From Nannocystis bainbridge (lineage in GTDB: Bacteria > Myxococcota_A > Polyangia > Nannocystales > Nannocystaceae), in the NCBI RefSeq assembly GCF_028368995.1, contig NZ_JAQNDL010000003.1:928001-992000 (forward strand): 64,000 bases of DNA. Direction: 5' to 3'. The notes under the pieces are model-generated. The model did no database searches and was not told the DNA's origin. It saw nothing but the letters and a program-made list of their open reading frames with translations. Made by a program: the position numbers and the translations under genes. Positions 60,579 through 64,000 of this stretch are shown piece by piece. Position 1 is the stretch's first letter; every line of letters begins with the position of its first letter.

Positions 60579-61439
60579 CAAAGGCCCGCCACGGCCGCCC
60601 CGCGGGTGACGACGCACCTCCGTCGCCGTCACGCGCGATGCACGGCCCCCGCGAGCAGGTCGCTCCCCGTCGCCGCTCGCGGCGCCGGCCGGGCCGATCT
60701 CCTCGTGGCCGTCTGCGCGCGCACCCCGGCAAGCAGATCCGCGATGTCGCGTTCCGAGGTCGCCGCCCGCCTCGCGGCGGAGGCCCGCGCTCGCCGAAGT
60801 ACGCCGCGCCCCTGCCCCTGAACGCGGACCTCGGTCCTGCGCTCGCCAGTCGCACGCGTCGCGCCCCGCCGCGTGACCCTCTCATCGGCCTCGCATCGAG
60901 CGCCGCGCGAGCGCGGCGCACGGCTTTCATCCGCGTCACTGAACCGCGTGCGACGCTCGCCACCATCGAAGCGCGAGCGCTCCACGAAGCGCGCGGCGCC
61001 TGTCCTCTGCCAGCGCTCGACCCCTCGCGACTCATCGCCGCGAGCGTCTGCGCCTGCTCTCCGGGACATCCACCAGACGCCGGCTGCGCACCCGTGATGA
61101 CGCGAGGACGCGGCGACGCCGGGATCTCGCCGCAAACGGTTCGCGGCGCGCGGGTCCGCGGGCGCGCACCTCCACGCGCGGGCGGACCGGCCCTCGGGCC
61201 GGCCCCCACCAGTTCCCGCGCGTCCCCGTCCGTGGTGCGGCAGATCGCCGGGACCGGCGTTGACATGTCCCGAGAGACATGTCGTCTCGCGCGATCGCGC
61301 CCGCCCCTGCGACGCGGCACGCGGGCGTGTTCGCGCCGCGCGGCATGGCCCTTCGGACATCTTGCCGGCGCGGCGCACACAACTCTTCGTCGCGTTGTCG
61401 CCGTCGCGCCTCAGTGTCCTGTAAGATGAGACCCCTGAT

Positions 61440-63683
61440 ATGCCGCCCAACGATCCCAGGCCGCCTGCGAAACCGGTGCCGCGGCCCCGTCCCGCCGCCC
61501 CTGCCAGCGCTGGCGAGATGAGGGCGCCCGGCAAGCCGCCCGCCTCGCAGGCCGGCAACGCCGCGGCCCCGGGCAAGCCGCCCGCCGCCCGCACGCCCAC
61601 GCGGCCTGGCACCGGGTCGCTGCCTGGCGTCACGCCCACGCGGCCCGGCACCGCCGCGCCGGCCGGCGGCACGCCCACGCGGCCCGGCGTCGCCTCGACT
61701 CCCACGCGGCCCGGCACCGCCTCGCCGACCGGCGCCGCGACCTCGCGGCCCTCCACGCCCACGCGGCCCGGCACCGCCGCGGCTGGCGCGGCTCCTGCCC
61801 GCCCTGCCCCGGCCAAGCCGCCCGCGCCGATCGGCCCCGGCTCGGTGCTCGACGGTCGCTACAAGCTCGAGCAGCCGCTCGGCTCCGGCGGCATGTCGAC
61901 GGTCTATCGCGGCACCCACACCCGCACCGGCGGCAAGCTGGCGATCAAGCTGCTCGACCCGCGGCTGTCGGGCAAGGCCGACATGCAGCAGCGCTGCCTC
62001 GCCGAGGCGCGGGCCATGATGGACATTACGAGCAACCACGTCGTGCGCGCCTACGACGTCGGCCAGACCCCCTCGGGGCAGGTGTACATCGTCATGGAGT
62101 ACCTCGAGGGCGAGGACCTCGATCACATGCTCCAGCGCGAGGGCCCGCTGCCGTGGCACCGCCTGGCGAGCATGGCCATGCAGATCTGCAGCGGCCTCAG
62201 CTCGGCCCACGCCAAGGGCACCTACCACCGCGACATCAAGCCGCAGAACTGCTTCCGCGTCACCCTCGATCGCAACCCCGATCACGTCAAGCTCATCGAC
62301 TTCGGCATCGCCAAGGACACCAACAGCGGCCAGGAGCTGACGCAAGACGGCGTCCTGCTCGGCACGCCGGAGTACATGGCGCCGGAGCTGATCGCCACCA
62401 ACGCGACCCCCGACGCCCGCTCCGACATCTACGCCGTCGGCGCGACGCTCTACAAGCTCATCACCGGCACCCCGCCGTTCTCGAGCAAGAACGTCCTCGA
62501 CCTCCTCTACCACCAGAAGCACACCGCGCCCGAGCTGCCGAGCCAGCGCGCGCCCGACCGCAACATCCCCAAGATCGCCGATCAGATCCTGCTCAAGACG
62601 CTGGAGAAGGACCCGGCCAAGCGCTACCAGAGCGCCGACGAGTTCGGCCAGGCGCTGCTCGAGTCGTTCGAGGCCGTGGTCGGCGCGCCGATGGTGCGGC
62701 ACATGAGCCAGCCGTTCTTGATGGCGATCCCCGAGCGCTCGCGGCCCGGGACCACGCCGATCGGCACCGTCGCGCCGGCGAACTCCACGCCGCAGGGCAC
62801 CCCGCGGCCGGGCGCCACCCCGCTCGGCACGCCGACCCTCGACGACGCCGAGTCGGCCACCCACTCGAGCGACCCCGTCGTGCGCGACGAGCTGTCGCGC
62901 TCGCACCAATACGACACCGACGCCCCGCGCCCGGTCACCGGCAAGGACCTCGTGTCTCGCGGCGGCACCCTGCTGTCGCTCGCGCTGGCGTTCGGCCTCG
63001 CCTCCTGGCTGGCCGCGCCGACGCCGGGACCGGGCGACGCCGTCGCCGCCGCCGCGGCCGCCGACCTGCCCGAGCCCGAGCCCGCCAAGGTCGAGGAGCC
63101 GCCGGTCGTCAACCCGCCGCCGAACGACCCGCCGCCTGTCCTCGAGGACACAAAGCCGCCCGAGCCGATCAACGTCCCGCCTGTCCCCGAGGACACCAAG
63201 GTCGAGACCCCGACGGTCCCCGACACCAAGGTCGAAGTCGCCCCGCTGATCGCCGACACCAAGATCGAGGCCCCGCCGCCGGAACCGACCAAGGTCGAGC
63301 CGACGCCTGTCCCCGAGGACACAAAGCCGCCCGAGCTGGCCAAGACCGCCGAGCCCGCCGCGGCCGGCGTGCCCGACCCCGACTTCGGCTACCGCAGCGC
63401 CGAGAAGGAGCTGCGCGACCAGCACAAGTTCCTCCAGAACTGCCTCGACGGCGCCGGCCAGAGCACCGGCAAGCTCAAGTTCACCATCGAGGTCCGCAAG
63501 TCGGGCATGCCGCCGCACAAGATCAAGGTCATCTCGAGCAACGCCGCGGTGCGGACCTGCGTGCGCGGCCTGTTCGAGCAGTTCCCGTTCGACTCCAGCC
63601 CGCGCGGCGGCGCCTTCTCGTACTCCTACAACAACGGCAAGACCTCCTTCGAGAAGCTGCCGCTGTCGACCCCCACTCCCTAG
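61440..63683 (+). CDS. Membrane Ser/Thr protein kinase with Pro/Thr-rich repeats
   Basis: LGSGGMSTVY, AIK, HRDIKPQN, DFG, GTPEYMAPE; TM; N-terminal TPTRPG repeats; periplasmic PV(P/L)EDTK repeats. Confidence 0.93.
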   Translation: MPPNDPRPPAKPVPRPRPAAPASAGEMRAPGKPPASQAGNAAAPGKPPAARTPTRPGTGSLPGVTPTRPGTAAPAGGTPTRPGVASTPTRPGTASPTGAATSRPSTPTRPGTAAAGAAPARPAPAKPPAPIGPGSVLDGRYKLEQPLGSGGMSTVYRGTHTRTGGKLAIKLLDPRLSGKADMQQRCLAEARAMMDITSNHVVRAYDVGQTPSGQVYIVMEYLEGEDLDHMLQREGPLPWHRLASMAMQICSGLSSAHAKGTYHRDIKPQNCFRVTLDRNPDHVKLIDFGIAKDTNSGQELTQDGVLLGTPEYMAPELIATNATPDARSDIYAVGATLYKLITGTPPFSSKNVLDLLYHQKHTAPELPSQRAPDRNIPKIADQILLKTLEKDPAKRYQSADEFGQALLESFEAVVGAPMVRHMSQPFLMAIPERSRPGTTPIGTVAPANSTPQGTPRPGATPLGTPTLDDAESATHSSDPVVRDELSRSHQYDTDAPRPVTGKDLVSRGGTLLSLALAFGLASWLAAPTPGPGDAVAAAAAADLPEPEPAKVEEPPVVNPPPNDPPPVLEDTKPPEPINVPPVPEDTKVETPTVPDTKVEVAPLIADTKIEAPPPEPTKVEPTPVPEDTKPPELAKTAEPAAAGVPDPDFGYRSAEKELRDQHKFLQNCLDGAGQSTGKLKFTIEVRKSGMPPHKIKVISSNAAVRTCVRGLFEQFPFDSSPRGGAFSYSYNNGKTSFEKLPLSTPTP

Positions 63684-63696
63684 AGGTCTTCGGGAC

Positions 63697-64000
63697 ATGT
63701 CCTCCACGACATCTCAGGACAAGCCGCCGGGCATCGCCCGCTTCGGCGCCGGCGCGGCCCTGCTGCTCAGCCTGCTCGGCATCGGCGTCGGCGCCTACCT
63801 CACCGTCCTCAAGTTTCGCATGACCTTCACCCCGTGCGCGTCGACCAAGGGCGCCTGCGCGATCGGTGGCATGTCCTGCGAGGACGCGCTGCAGAGCAGT
63901 TGGTCGACCCTGTTCGGCCTGCCGATCTCGCTGTGGGGCTCGGCCTTCTACATGGTCGTCGCGGTGATCGCCGGCGGCCTGTTCCTCCGCTCCGATTTCC
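63697..64000 (+). CDS. Vitamin K epoxide reductase (VKOR) family protein, 3'-truncated
   Basis: Translated by hand: ...LSLLGIGVGAYLT...C..GGMSCEDALQSSWSTLFGLPISLWGSAFY. Confidence 0.8.
   Translation, partial: MSSTTSQDKPPGIARFGAGAALLLSLLGIGVGAYLTVLKFRMTFTPCASTKGACAIGGMSCEDALQSSWSTLFGLPISLWGSAFYMVVAVIAGGLFLRSDF

Noticed and set aside
61032-63707. Long antisense ORFs (also 13657-16365, 19110-21305, 24888-27416, 39419-41590 and others)
   Set aside because: Typical stop-poor shadow frames of high-GC genes, with no recognisable motifs.

Overview
Very GC-rich bacterial chromosomal DNA. The gene content suggests a myxobacterium, probably Nannocystis-like (inference): Ser/Thr kinases, PP2C phosphatases, an FHA-sigma54 activator and many Thr- or Cys-rich lipoproteins. 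Recognisable core loci are glyQS-yggX, ppiD, mreBCD-mrdA-rodA, crcB, bcp, kynA-solA, an Mla/Mce ABC system and an ECF sigma/anti-sigma pair. I saw no rRNA, tRNA, CRISPR array or IS element. The strongest unexplained signal is a 14-bp palindrome, TGTCC-N4-GGACA. By eye there are at least 18 exact copies plus many one-mismatch copies. It also forms head-to-tail arrays with a 14-bp period (2-9 units), mainly between convergent gene ends, and some arrays sit in-frame inside coding sequences. Other notable items are an unannotated 47-aa ORF behind a sigma54-type promoter next to a kinase/FHA-activator/PP2C module, an orphan FlhA/SctV-like gene tightly linked to kynA-solA, a fungal PVL-type lectin propeller and a probable frameshifted Cys-rich lipoprotein. 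All product calls come from motif recognition by eye; no database searches were run.
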